Below the pieces are notes generated by a model that ran no database searches, was not told the origin of the DNA, and saw only the letters and a program-made list of their open reading frames with translations. Of a stretch of DNA of 64,000 bases, positions 35,584 through 44,591 are shown piece by piece; position 1 is the stretch's first letter, and each line of letters begins with the position of its first letter. Both the position numbers and the translations under genes were made by a program. The stretch is from a bacterium (GTDB lineage Bacteria > Sysuimicrobiota > Sysuimicrobiia > Sysuimicrobiales > Humicultoraceae): the NCBI GenBank assembly GCA_050695215.1, contig JBOGSD010000004.1, forward strand, positions 1,864-65,863. Direction: 5' to 3'.

Positions 35584-36300
35584 CTACGGCGCTCCATCAC
35601 CGAAGCGCACGCCGTAGCGCCCGCGGGTGTAGTCGTACATCAGGTCGGTGAAGCGCCGGGCGTCGGCGAATCCGCGGTAGCCCTCTTTGATCTGGGAGAG
35701 CTGGATCATGAAGCGGGCGTCGCCATTGTCGTAGTAGAAGTAGAGGGACCACCTCTCGTCCCGCTCCAGCACCATGTGGTCGGAACGCAGCCCCGCCGCC
35801 CGCACGGCGGCCCAGGCGGCCTCCAGGTCGTCGACCACGAACCCGACGTGATGGATCCGCGAGGGGATCCCCGGGTTGAGTGGCCCGGGGACGGCATCAA
35901 AGAGAAAGAGGGCCGTGTTCCCGGTCGTCAGCACGGTCTGATGCGCGTCCTCGCGGATGACCGCCATCTTGAGCAGGTCACCGAAGAAGCGGCGGGCGTC
36001 GGCGCGGTCGGCGACCGCCAGGGCCAGGTGATCGAACCCCAGGTTGCGCCACGCCCCAGGCCGGCCGGCGAGGGGGGTGGACGTCACCAGGAAGGTGGAC
36101 CCCCCGAAGTGCTCCACCGTCTCGCCGATGAACATGTCGGGATAGATCGCGTCCCCTTCCGGGGTCCGCATCGTGATCCGGCGGCCGACGCGCATCCGTT
36201 CCGGCAGCACGCGTTCGAGCGCCTGGTGGAAGACGTCGCCGTCAGACACCCGGCCGCTGAACGGACCCTCGTCTGTGAGAAAAGTCAGTTCGATCTCCAT
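35584..36300 (-). CDS. VOC (glyoxalase/bleomycin-resistance/dioxygenase) family protein
   Basis: Start at the internal ATG (36298-36300; MEIELTFLTDEG...). The 50 aa that the ORF track places upstream are low complexity. ...HHVGFVVDDLEAAWAAVRAAG is a glyoxalase-fold motif. Confidence 0.7.
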   Translation of the reverse strand: MEIELTFLTDEGPFSGRVSDGDVFHQALERVLPERMRVGRRITMRTPEGDAIYPDMFIGETVEHFGGSTFLVTSTPLAGRPGAWRNLGFDHLALAVADRADARRFFGDLLKMAVIREDAHQTVLTTGNTALFLFDAVPGPLNPGIPSRIHHVGFVVDDLEAAWAAVRAAGLRSDHMVLERDERWSLYFYYDNGDARFMIQLSQIKEGYRGFADARRFTDLMYDYTRGRYGVRFGDGAP

Positions 36301-36376
36301 TGACGGTACCCCCGAGGTTGCTATGCTGGAATTAGACCGACGCGTCGGTCTAATTGTACAGGAGGCGCAGTCTCCC

Positions 36377-36967
36377 ATGGCCAGATCCACCACCGAGAGC
36401 GCCACCCGCGATCGCCTCGTGGCCGCCGCGATTGATGTCTTCGCGGCCAAAGGCTACAACGGCGCCATCGTGGACGACATCGTCGCCTCCTCGGGCACCT
36501 CCAAGGGCGCCTTCTACCACTACTTCCCGAGCAAGCAGGCCATCTTCCTCACCCTGATGGATGAACTAGCGGCGGCAGTCGAAGGGGGGGTCGAGGCGGC
36601 CATCGAGGCGGAGAGCGGCGCCCTAGCCAAGGTAGAAGCCGCGCTGCGCGTTGTTCTGGAGACCGCCGCCGCGCGTCGCGACCTGGTCAAAATCCTCCTG
36701 GTCGAGGCCGTGGGGTTGGGTCCCACCCTCGAGCGCAAGCGCCTCGACATCCACACGCGGTTCGCCGGGCTCATCCGGCGCCATCTCGACCGCGCGGTCG
36801 CGGATGGGTCGATCCCCGCGGTGGACACCAGCCTGGCATCGCAAGCGTGGATCGGCGCCCTCAACGAAGTCGTCACGCAGTGGCTGATGGCCGACGGCGG
36901 CGATCTAGCGGCCCGTCTGCCCGGACTGCAGGACCTGCTCCTGCGCAGCATCGGGGCGCCGCGATGA
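36377..36967 (+). CDS. TetR/AcrR-family transcriptional regulator
   Basis: TRDRLVAAAIDVFAAKGYNGAIVDDIVASSGTSKGAFYHYFPSKQAIF is a TetR HTH. It is divergent from the VOC gene. Confidence 0.85.
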   Translation: MARSTTESATRDRLVAAAIDVFAAKGYNGAIVDDIVASSGTSKGAFYHYFPSKQAIFLTLMDELAAAVEGGVEAAIEAESGALAKVEAALRVVLETAAARRDLVKILLVEAVGLGPTLERKRLDIHTRFAGLIRRHLDRAVADGSIPAVDTSLASQAWIGALNEVVTQWLMADGGDLAARLPGLQDLLLRSIGAPR

Positions 36968-37440
36968 GCGTGGGACAAAGCCTTACCGCCGAGGCCATCC
37001 TCGAGGCGATCCACCGCCATCTGGCGGCGCGCCACGTCTGCACCCTGGCCACCTCCCAGGGGGACGTGCCCTGGGCGGCCAGCAGTTTCTACGTTGCGCG
37101 CGGCATCGATCTCTTCGTCTGCCAGGGGACGCGCGCGCGGACGCTCGCCAACATGCGCGCAAACCCGCGGGTCGGGTTCGCCGTGGACGACGGCAAGGCG
37201 GAGGCGTGGCTGCAGGGTCTGGGGGTCGCCGCGCCGACCGGCCTCGAGGACGAGACCTGGGCCCGGGAGCAGCTGCGCGAGCGGGCGCCCGAGTTCACGC
37301 ATCACTTCACCAACCCGGAGCAGCCGGTGCTGCTTATCTCCGTCGCGGAGGTGACCTTTGCCGATCGCCCGCACGGGATCTATCCCCGACAGCATCTGAA
37401 GTCGAAGGACGGAAGGTGGGAGTTTGCCGATGGGCGCTAA
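36964..37440 (+). CDS. Pyridoxamine 5'-phosphate oxidase-like (FMN-binding split-barrel) family protein
   Basis: ATG overlaps the TetR stop (ATGA). HVCTLATSQGDVPWAASSFYV...PRVGFAVDD is a PNPOx-like pattern. Confidence 0.7.
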   Translation: MSVGQSLTAEAILEAIHRHLAARHVCTLATSQGDVPWAASSFYVARGIDLFVCQGTRARTLANMRANPRVGFAVDDGKAEAWLQGLGVAAPTGLEDETWAREQLRERAPEFTHHFTNPEQPVLLISVAEVTFADRPHGIYPRQHLKSKDGRWEFADGR

Positions 37441-38461
37441 GATGCTCGTTCGAGTCGTCATCGCCCTGGCGGTGCTGGCCCTGCTCTTCCCCGCCGCCGC
37501 GCCGGCGCAGCCCCCACCGGCGGTCCTGACGAAGCTTCGCGTGGTGCACGTGCCGGTGATGATCTTCGGTCCGCTGTACGTGGGCATCGAGCGCGGCTAC
37601 TTCGCCCAGCAGGGGATCGAGGTGGAGTTGATTGGGACGCCGGGCGGCGCCTCCTCCTTCGTCGTCCTGGCGAGTGGACGGGCGGAGGTCGTCATCGGCG
37701 GCCTGGGTGCGGCGCTCTTCAACGCGGCGGCGCGGGGGCTGGACTTCAAGGTGGTCGGGCCGGTGCACATGGAAAAGCCGCCGGTGCCGACGCCGCTCGT
37801 GGTCAGCAAGCGCGCCTACGACAGCGGAGAGATTCGCTCGGTCCGGGATCTGCGCGGGAAGAAGGTCTCGGTCAACGTGCTCGGCTCGGCGACGGAATTC
37901 TGGATGCAGGCGGCGCTGCACAAGGGCGGGTTGACCTTGGACGACGTGGACCTGGTCGCCGTCAACTTCCCCGACGTCCCCGCCGCCCTGGCCAATGGGG
38001 CGATCGCCGCGGGGCTGCTGGGCGAGCCGCTCGCCACCCTGGCCGAGGATCGCGGTCAGGTCGTGCGTCTCTCCGACGACTTCATCGACGGAGTGCAGGT
38101 CACCGCGGTCTATTACAGCGGCGAATTCATGCGCGGCCGTCCGGAGCTGGCCACCGGCTTCATGGTGGCCTGGCTGCGCGCCTCCCGCGACCTCTACGGC
38201 AACGGCTACCGCCGCGAGGCCAACGTCCGCACCATCGAAAAGTACACCGGCGTCCCCGCCGACGTCGTGCGCAGGGCGAAACTGCCTTTCCACGAACCGA
38301 ACGGCAAGATGAACTTCAACGACTTCAAGCGCCTCCAGGATTTCTTCAAGAAGCGGGGCTCCCTGACGTACGAGAAGCCCCTCCACCCGGAGGCCTACAT
38401 CGACACCTCCTTCGTGCGCAGGGCGCTGGCGATCCTGGGGGAGTTCAAGCCGCCGCGGTGA
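37430..38461 (+). CDS. ABC transporter substrate-binding protein, NitT/TauT (NMT1/SsuA-like) family
   Basis: Signal peptide MLVRVVIALAVLALLFPAAAPAQ. Start ambiguous between TTG 37424, ATG 37430 and ATG 37442. Confidence 0.8.
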   Translation: MGAKMLVRVVIALAVLALLFPAAAPAQPPPAVLTKLRVVHVPVMIFGPLYVGIERGYFAQQGIEVELIGTPGGASSFVVLASGRAEVVIGGLGAALFNAAARGLDFKVVGPVHMEKPPVPTPLVVSKRAYDSGEIRSVRDLRGKKVSVNVLGSATEFWMQAALHKGGLTLDDVDLVAVNFPDVPAALANGAIAAGLLGEPLATLAEDRGQVVRLSDDFIDGVQVTAVYYSGEFMRGRPELATGFMVAWLRASRDLYGNGYRREANVRTIEKYTGVPADVVRRAKLPFHEPNGKMNFNDFKRLQDFFKKRGSLTYEKPLHPEAYIDTSFVRRALAILGEFKPPR

Positions 38462-39273
38462 CCGCCACCTCCGCCGTCGTCCCGGCCGCGCCGCCCCTGC
38501 AGGGGCGCATCGCCGTCGCCGGGCTGAGCAAGGTCTACCCCGGGCCACGCGGGCCGCTCCCCGCGCTCAGCGACGTCACCTTTGCCATCGCCGCGGGAGA
38601 GTTCGTCGCCTGCATCGGCCCCTCTGGGTGCGGCAAGACGACGCTGCTGCACATCCTCGCCGGTCTGATCCCCCCCACGACGGGAACGATGCGCATGGGC
38701 GCGCCGCACCCCGGGCGCCTGGCGGCCGCCGTGGTCTTCCAGGGCATCTCCACCCTGCCCTGGTTCACCGTGCTGCAAAACGTCGAATACGGGCTGCGCC
38801 TGATGGGGGTTCCGCGGCAGGCCCGGCGCGAGCGGGCCCTCGAGTGGATCCGCCGGGTAGGACTGCGGCCGTTCCGCGACGCCTATCCCCCGCACCTCTC
38901 GGAAGGGATGCGCCAGCGCGTCTCCATCGCCCGGGCGTTGGCGACCGATCCCGAGATCCTGCTGATGGACGAGCCCTTTGCCAACCTGGACGAACAGAAC
39001 CGCCTGCTCCTGCAGGACGAACTGCTGCGGATCTGGCAAGAGCAGCGCAAGACCGTTCTCTTCGTCACCCACAGCCTGGACGAAGCGATCCGCCTCTCCG
39101 ACCGCGTCCTGGTCATGTCTGCCTCTCCCGGCCGCATCCTGATGGAGGTGCCGGTGCCTCTCCCCCGGCCGCGGGACTTCCGGGCCCTGCGGCAGGATCC
39201 GCGGTACGGCGCCCTGTCCGCCTCCCTCTGGGACGTCCTGCGGGACGAGGTCCTCAAGGGTCGGGAGCCGTGA
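38458..39273 (+). CDS. ABC transporter ATP-binding protein, NitT/TauT family
   Basis: CIGPSGCGKTTLLHILAGL...LSEGMRQRVSIARAL...LLMDEPFANLD. Start overlaps the binding-protein gene stop. Confidence 0.85.
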   Translation: MTATSAVVPAAPPLQGRIAVAGLSKVYPGPRGPLPALSDVTFAIAAGEFVACIGPSGCGKTTLLHILAGLIPPTTGTMRMGAPHPGRLAAAVVFQGISTLPWFTVLQNVEYGLRLMGVPRQARRERALEWIRRVGLRPFRDAYPPHLSEGMRQRVSIARALATDPEILLMDEPFANLDEQNRLLLQDELLRIWQEQRKTVLFVTHSLDEAIRLSDRVLVMSASPGRILMEVPVPLPRPRDFRALRQDPRYGALSASLWDVLRDEVLKGREP

Positions 39274-40016
39274 GAGGAACCCGCTGGCTGGCGGTCGCAT
39301 CGCCCATCGCCTTCCTGCTGATCTGGGAAGGGCTCAGCCGCGGGGGGGTCCTCGACGCGCGCTTCGTCCCGCCGCCGAGCGACATCTTGCGCACCCTGGG
39401 GACCTTGACCGCCACCGGCGACCTCCCGCATCACATCGGCGTGAGCGTACGGCGCATCCTGCTTGGCTTTCTGGCGGGGTCGCTGCCGGCGGTGGCCGCC
39501 GGGCTGCTGATGGGCCTCTCCCGGCCGGTGCGCGCCGCGCTGATGCCGTTGGTCGCCGCCATCTACCCGATCCCCAAGATCGCGATCTATCCGCTGGTCA
39601 TCTTCTACCTGGGCATCGGGGAGGCGTCCAAGATCAGCATCGTCGCCCTTTCCATCTTCTTCCTGGTGCTCTTGAACACGATGGCCGGCGTCCTGGGCCT
39701 CGACCGGGCGTATTTCAACATCGCCCGCGCCTACGGGGCCGGAGGGCTGGGGACCTTCACCACGATCGCCTTCCCGGGCGCCCTCCCCGCGATCTTCACC
39801 GGTCTGAAGCTGGGCATGGGCTTCGCCCTCATCGTCATCGTCGGCGCAGAACTGCTGGGCTCGGACGCGGGAATTGGCCATCTGATCTGGCAGTCCTACC
39901 AGATCTTCGCGATCGAGGCGATGTTCGCCGGCCTGTTGGTCACCGCGGTGCTGGGCTGGCTGGCGGCGATCGCCCTCGACTGGCTGGAGCGCCGGGCCCT
40001 CCCCTGGCGCGCCTGA
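39270..40016 (+). CDS. ABC transporter permease, NitT/TauT family
   Basis: GTG at 39270 overlaps the ATPase stop (GTGA). It has 6 TM helices and the permease signature region. The ORF-track N-terminal extension runs antisense and out of frame relative to the ATPase gene. Confidence 0.85.
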   Translation: MRGTRWLAVASPIAFLLIWEGLSRGGVLDARFVPPPSDILRTLGTLTATGDLPHHIGVSVRRILLGFLAGSLPAVAAGLLMGLSRPVRAALMPLVAAIYPIPKIAIYPLVIFYLGIGEASKISIVALSIFFLVLLNTMAGVLGLDRAYFNIARAYGAGGLGTFTTIAFPGALPAIFTGLKLGMGFALIVIVGAELLGSDAGIGHLIWQSYQIFAIEAMFAGLLVTAVLGWLAAIALDWLERRALPWRA

Positions 40017-40027
40017 GCGAGCCCGGC

Positions 40028-40957
40028 ATGGCCGGCGGGCTGGCGGTCTGGTGGCGGGCCGTCCGCCCCTTCTCTCTCACCGCCTCGGTCGCGCCCATCC
40101 TGGTCGGGTCGGCCGCGGCGCTCCAGGGCGGCGGCGCCCCCTTCCCCGCGAACCTGGCCACCTTCCATCTCGATCGCTTCCTCGCCGCCCTCATCGGGGC
40201 GGTGGCGATCCACGCGGGCACCAATCTGATCAACGACTACTACGACCACATCCGCGGCGTGGACACCCCCGGCTCGATCGGACCCAGCGGCATGATCCAG
40301 CAGGGGCGGCTCCCGGCCCGCGCGGTGTTCGGCGGCGGGCTGGCGCTCTTTGCCATCGGCGGCGCCCTCGGGCTGTGGCTGGCCGCGGTGGCGGGCTGGC
40401 CGATCCTGGTGGTCGGGGTCGCCAGCGTGGCGGCGGGCTACGCGTACACCGGCGGTCCTCTCCCCTTTGGCTACATCGGGCTGGGGGATCTGATCGTCTT
40501 CCTCTTCATGGGACCGGTGATCGTGCTGGGCGCCCACTACGTCCAGACGGGGACGCTGTCGGGAGGGGCGGCCTGGGCCTCACTGCCGGTGGCCGCGCTG
40601 GTCACGGCCATCCTCGTGGTTAACAACCTCCGCGATCTGTACACGGACCGGGCCAGGGGCAAGAGCACGCTGGCCACCCGGCTGGGGCCCAGGGGAACGA
40701 GGGTGGAGTACGTGGCGCTGGTCGCGGGCGCCTTCCTGACGATCATCGCAGGGGTGGCGCTCGGCCGCCTTCCCCCCCTGGCACTTATTGCCCTGCTGAC
40801 GCTGCCGCGGGCCCGCACCGTCTGGGGGGTGGTTCGAGACGAAAGCGATCCTCTCGCCCTCACCCGCGCCGGCCTCCGCGGCACCGCCAACCTGCATCTC
40901 CGCGTTGGCATTGTGCTGGCCTGGGCCTTCCTCTTTCCCCTGCCGCAAACCCCTTGA
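40028..40957 (+). CDS. menA: 1,4-dihydroxy-2-naphthoate polyprenyltransferase (UbiA superfamily)
   Basis: ...HAGTNLINDYYDHIRGVD and a second Asp-rich region ...VNNLRDLYTDRARGKSTLA. Multi-TM, ~300 aa, MenA-like. Confidence 0.8.
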   Translation: MAGGLAVWWRAVRPFSLTASVAPILVGSAAALQGGGAPFPANLATFHLDRFLAALIGAVAIHAGTNLINDYYDHIRGVDTPGSIGPSGMIQQGRLPARAVFGGGLALFAIGGALGLWLAAVAGWPILVVGVASVAAGYAYTGGPLPFGYIGLGDLIVFLFMGPVIVLGAHYVQTGTLSGGAAWASLPVAALVTAILVVNNLRDLYTDRARGKSTLATRLGPRGTRVEYVALVAGAFLTIIAGVALGRLPPLALIALLTLPRARTVWGVVRDESDPLALTRAGLRGTANLHLRVGIVLAWAFLFPLPQTP

Positions 40958-41106
40958 CGACCAGGTGCTCCACCTTTTCAGAGGGGTGAGGCTGTGCCTC
41001 CTTTCACAGGCTGGCTGTGACTCCGGCCATCGGCCCGGGGCGGGCACACGCGTACCCTCAAATCAGTTGTTCAAGTTTCTCAGGGTCCGGTAGGGAGGTG
41101 AACGCG

Positions 41107-41328
41107 TTGTTCCGCCATCCCGATATCTTCGAGCAGGTCGTCAGGGAGCAGCGGTCCGCTCTGCGATTCGAGGCCGAGCGCGAGCGCCTGGCCCGTCTGG
41201 CGGGTGGCTCTCGACCCGCGGCGGGGTTCTCCCTGGCGAAGGTCCTGGGCCGGGTGCGCGTGCGGCTGACAGCGCCCCGTGGTGCAGCGGCCGCGCTGCC
41301 CCGCACGGCGCACCCCTCAGGCGCCTGA
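41107..41328 (+). CDS. Possible small hypothetical protein (73 aa), alternatively a non-coding transcript
   Basis: TTG start 8 nt after GGGAGGTG, in an otherwise gene-free 430-bp gap, followed by a strong hairpin. Composition is only moderately protein-like. Confidence 0.25.
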   Translation: MFRHPDIFEQVVREQRSALRFEAERERLARLAGGSRPAAGFSLAKVLGRVRVRLTAPRGAAAALPRTAHPSGA

Positions 41329-41353
41329 GCGCACAGTCCGATCAGTTGGGCTA

Positions 41354-41381
41354 CAGGCACACCCGTGAGGAGGTGTGCCTG
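41354..41381. terminator. Hairpin terminator (CAGGCACAC-ccgtgaggag-GTGTGCCTG) between the convergent small ORF and crp
   Basis: 9-bp perfect stem with a 10-nt loop. It is followed by a short T-run on the + strand (CCTTTAG) and lies 6 nt beyond the crp stop on the - strand. Confidence 0.45.
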
Positions 41382-41386
41382 AGCCT

Positions 41387-42079
41387 TTAGTAGATCCGCC
41401 GGCGTAGCCGGTCGGGGTCACGCAGGACGATCTGGCGACCGTGAAGCTCCACCAGGGCCTGCTCGCGAAAGGCGGCGAGGGCCCGGTTCACCCGCTCCCG
41501 CGTGGCCCCGACCATGGTGGCCAGTTCCGTCTGCGTGAGATCCAGGTCGATAGTAATGCGGCCGCCTTCGCCCCGGTGGCCGTAGCGTCCGGCCAGTTCC
41601 AACAAGGCGCGGGCCACCCGGGCGTGCACGTCGAGGAACGCCAGGCTTTCCGCGTAGTCGGTGACGTGGCGCAGTCGGGTGCTGAGCAGGCCGATCAACG
41701 CCCCCGCCAGTTCCGGAGAGGCGGCCAGGGCGGCCTGGAACTCCTCCCGCCCCAGGACCTGGGTCACCGTCTCCTCCAGCGCCTCGGCGCTGGCCGAGCG
41801 CGGCTGCCCGTCCAGCAGCGCTAGCTCCCCGAAGACCTCTCCCGGCCCGGCCACGTCGATCGTCAACTCCTCTCCTCGCTCCGCGGGGAGAAAGAAGCGG
41901 ACGCGCCCCGACTCGATGACGTGCAGGCCGTCGCCCGGCTGGTCCTTGTGAAAGATCATCGTCCCGCGGCGGTAGCTTCGCCGGCGCAGGCGGCCGGCCA
42001 GTCCCGCCAGCGTCGCCTCGTCGAGCCCCGCAAAGAGGGAGACGCGTCGCAGCAGGGCGGCGGGGTCGGAGGCGACCAT
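41387..42079 (-). CDS. Crp/Fnr-family transcriptional regulator (cNMP-binding + HTH)
   Basis: Start ATG at 42077-42079 overlaps the stop of the upstream peptidase gene (ATGA). ...FFLPAERGEELTIDVAGPGEVFGELALLDG is the cNMP-binding domain and ...TQTELATMVGATRERVNRAL is the HTH. The longer ORF-track N-terminus is Arg/Gly-rich. Confidence 0.85.
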   Translation of the reverse strand: MVASDPAALLRRVSLFAGLDEATLAGLAGRLRRRSYRRGTMIFHKDQPGDGLHVIESGRVRFFLPAERGEELTIDVAGPGEVFGELALLDGQPRSASAEALEETVTQVLGREEFQAALAASPELAGALIGLLSTRLRHVTDYAESLAFLDVHARVARALLELAGRYGHRGEGGRITIDLDLTQTELATMVGATRERVNRALAAFREQALVELHGRQIVLRDPDRLRRRIY

Positions 42080-43161
42080 CAGATCACCCGCACCGCGCGG
42101 TCCAGCGCGCTGAGGATCTCCCCGCCGCGCTCGGTGACCACGACGATTTCTTCCAGCCGCACGCCGAAGTCGCCGAGGAGATAGATCCCCGGCTCGACGC
42201 TGAAGGTCATGCCCACCGCCAAGGGCGTCTCGTTGGTGTGCGTGATCGAGGGCGGCTCGTGACCGCTCACGCCGATGCCGTGCCCGGTGCGATGGGTGAA
42301 CTGCGCGCCGTACCCGGCGCGCTCGATCACGCCCCGCGCGGCGCGGTCCACGTCGCGGATCGGCGCGCCCGGGCGCACCAGGGCGAGGGCCGCGGCCACC
42401 GCCTCTTCCACGATGGCGTGGACCTCCCAATAGCGGGCCGTCGGCGCACCAAGGAAGGCCATCCGCGTGATGTCGGACATATACCCGTCCAGCCGCCCGC
42501 CGCAATCGAGCAGGAGTGGTTCGCCCTCGCGGAGGCGGCGGTCCGACGAGCGATGGTGGGGATAGGCCGAGTTCGATCCGGAACCGGCGATCGCAGACGG
42601 CACCTCCTGAACCCCCTGGCGGCGGAACGCCTCTTCCGCCAGGCGCGCGACCTCAAGCTCGGTCAGCCCCGGGTGGACCGCGGCGAAGACCTCTGCCACG
42701 GTCACGTCGGCGGTGGCGGCGGATCGGCGCAGCGCCGCAATCTCCTCCGCGCTCTTGATCATGCGCAGCGGTGCCATCACCCGCGCGCCGGGAAGATAAG
42801 CCGCGTCCGGCCACTGGGCCTGCAGCAGCAGGAGGGCGTCGGCGCGCATCGTGTCGCCGGGGGCGATGACCCGGGGCTTCCCCAACCGGGCCTGCGATTC
42901 TCGGAGCGCTGCGGCGGGTCCCTCCGCGTCGGTGTAGACGAGGGTGGGGAACGGGGTGTGCGCAGCCGCTTCCGCCGCGTTCAATTCCGGGACGACGAAG
43001 AGCGTTTCCTCCGAGTGGACAAAGAGATAACAGGGACGTTCATCGGCGTGCGGCGAGTAGGAGAGGAGATATGAGAAGTCCTCCCCCGGAGGGATGACCA
43101 GGAGGTCGATCCCGTCGTCGCGCATACGTCGCCGCGCCGCGTCCACCCTCTGCGTCATCAT
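42079..43161 (-). CDS. Xaa-Pro aminopeptidase / dipeptidase, M24 family
   Basis: Start at MMTQRVDAARRRMRDDGIDLLVI (ATG 43159-43161). M24 metal-ligand motifs ...LLLDCGGRLDGYMSDITR..., ...HRTGHGIGVSGHE... and ...MTFSVEPGIY... Confidence 0.85.
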   Translation of the reverse strand: MMTQRVDAARRRMRDDGIDLLVIPPGEDFSYLLSYSPHADERPCYLFVHSEETLFVVPELNAAEAAAHTPFPTLVYTDAEGPAAALRESQARLGKPRVIAPGDTMRADALLLLQAQWPDAAYLPGARVMAPLRMIKSAEEIAALRRSAATADVTVAEVFAAVHPGLTELEVARLAEEAFRRQGVQEVPSAIAGSGSNSAYPHHRSSDRRLREGEPLLLDCGGRLDGYMSDITRMAFLGAPTARYWEVHAIVEEAVAAALALVRPGAPIRDVDRAARGVIERAGYGAQFTHRTGHGIGVSGHEPPSITHTNETPLAVGMTFSVEPGIYLLGDFGVRLEEIVVVTERGGEILSALDRAVRVI

Positions 43162-43201
43162 CCTCGCGTCAGACCTCCCCAGGGCATTGTACGATAGCGG
43201 C

Positions 43202-43942
43202 GTGCCCATCCTCCCGCTCCGACTGCCCACGCGCGAATCTCCGCCTGCCGCGCGTCGGCGCGCCGGGAAGATCGTCGGCGTGCTGCGGCGCCGCTATCCC
43301 GACCCGCGCGTCCCCCTCCGCCATGAGAACGCCTTTCAGCTCCTGGTCGCCACCATTCTCTCGGCGCAGTGCACCGACGCGATGGTCAACCGCGTCACCC
43401 CAGGCCTCTTCGCCCGCTACCGCACCCCCCGCGATTTCGCCGCGGCGCGGGTACGCGACGTGGAGAAGATCATCCGCCCGACCGGCTTCTTCCGGCAGAA
43501 GACCAAGGCGATCATGAGGGCGAGCCGCGACCTGCTGGAGCGGTTTGACGGCGAGGTGCCTGCGACGATGGAGGACCTGGTCAGCCTCGGCGGCGTCGGC
43601 CGCAAGACCGCCAATGTCCTCCTCGGCGGCTTCTTCGGCCTCCCCGGCGTGGTCGTCGATACGCACGTGCGGCGGCTCAGCCGCCGGCTGGCGCTCACCG
43701 GCTGGGAGGACCCCGCCCGGATTGAACAAGACTTGATGCGCCTGGTCCCCCGGCGCGAGTGGTCGGACTTCTCCCTGCGTCTCATCTTTTTCGGGCGGGA
43801 GGTCTGCACCGCGCGCAGCCCGCGCTGTCCGACCTGTCCACTGAACCGCCTCTGCCCATCGGCTCCCTACCGCGGGGCGCCCCCCTGGATGGTGCGGCGA
43901 GGCCGCGCTCAGGCCGCCGGCCGCGGCGCAAAGCGTCCGTAG
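43202..43942 (+). CDS. nth: Endonuclease III (HhH-GPD glycosylase with 4Fe-4S cluster)
   Basis: ...AFQLLVATILSAQCTDAMVN..., HhH LVSLGGVGRKTANVLLG, catalytic VVDTHVRR, and Fe-S loop CTARSPRCPTCPLNRLC. Start tentatively the GTG at 43202. It is divergent from the M24 peptidase gene. Confidence 0.8.
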   Translation: MPILPLRLPTRESPPAARRRAGKIVGVLRRRYPDPRVPLRHENAFQLLVATILSAQCTDAMVNRVTPGLFARYRTPRDFAAARVRDVEKIIRPTGFFRQKTKAIMRASRDLLERFDGEVPATMEDLVSLGGVGRKTANVLLGGFFGLPGVVVDTHVRRLSRRLALTGWEDPARIEQDLMRLVPRREWSDFSLRLIFFGREVCTARSPRCPTCPLNRLCPSAPYRGAPPWMVRRGRAQAAGRGAKRP

Positions 43943-44559
43943 CTACGGCAGAAGCTGCGCATTGGGCACCCCCCGCAGGCCGGTCTTCTGGCCGTGCAGA
44001 CGAGCGCGCCGAAGTCCATCAGGGCCTGATTGAAGTCATAGGGACGGCGGGGCAGCAGACGGTCGGCCAGCGCCCAGACCCGCCGGTCGGGAACCGCGCG
44101 GCCGAAGAAGACCCGCTGCAGCACCCGGCGCACGTTGGTATCTACCACCGCGGCCCGGCGGCGGAAGGCAAACGCGCGCACCGCCCCCGCCGTGTAGGGG
44201 CCGATGCCCTTGAGGGCCAGGAGCGCGTCGCGGTCTTCGGGGAGACGACCCCCGTGGCGGCGCAGCACCTCGTGGGCAATGGTCCAGAGCCGCACGGGGC
44301 GAATATTGTACCCGAGGGGGTACCAGGTCTCACGCACCTCACCCACCCGCGCCCGCGCGAGTGCTTCAATCGAAGGATAGCGCCGCAGAAACTCCCCGTA
44401 CTTGGGCAAGACCCGCTCCACCTGGGTCTGCTGCAGCATGATCTCGGAGACGAGAATGCGATAGGGGTCGGCGGTGCGGCGCCAGGGGAGCGCCCGGCCG
44501 CCCCGCCGGTACCAGCGCAGCAGGCGGCGGACGAAGAGGGTCTGGGTGCGCGTCTTCAC
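43909..44559 (-). CDS. MutY-like adenine DNA glycosylase catalytic domain (HhH-GPD + 4Fe-4S) without the C-terminal MutT-like domain
   Basis: Start GTG at 44557-44559 (VKTRTQTLFVRRLLRWYRRGGRALPWRR, like the MutY N-terminus). ...YRILVSEIMLQQTQV..., HhH LLALKGIGPYTAGAV, VVDTNVRRV, CTARRPACGGCPMRSFC. Its 3' end overlaps nth by 34 nt, convergently. Confidence 0.75.
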   Translation of the reverse strand: MKTRTQTLFVRRLLRWYRRGGRALPWRRTADPYRILVSEIMLQQTQVERVLPKYGEFLRRYPSIEALARARVGEVRETWYPLGYNIRPVRLWTIAHEVLRRHGGRLPEDRDALLALKGIGPYTAGAVRAFAFRRRAAVVDTNVRRVLQRVFFGRAVPDRRVWALADRLLPRRPYDFNQALMDFGALVCTARRPACGGCPMRSFCRSYGRFAPRPAA

Positions 44560-44591
44560 GTGTGTCGGCTTCGGGACAGTCTCCAGGTTCG

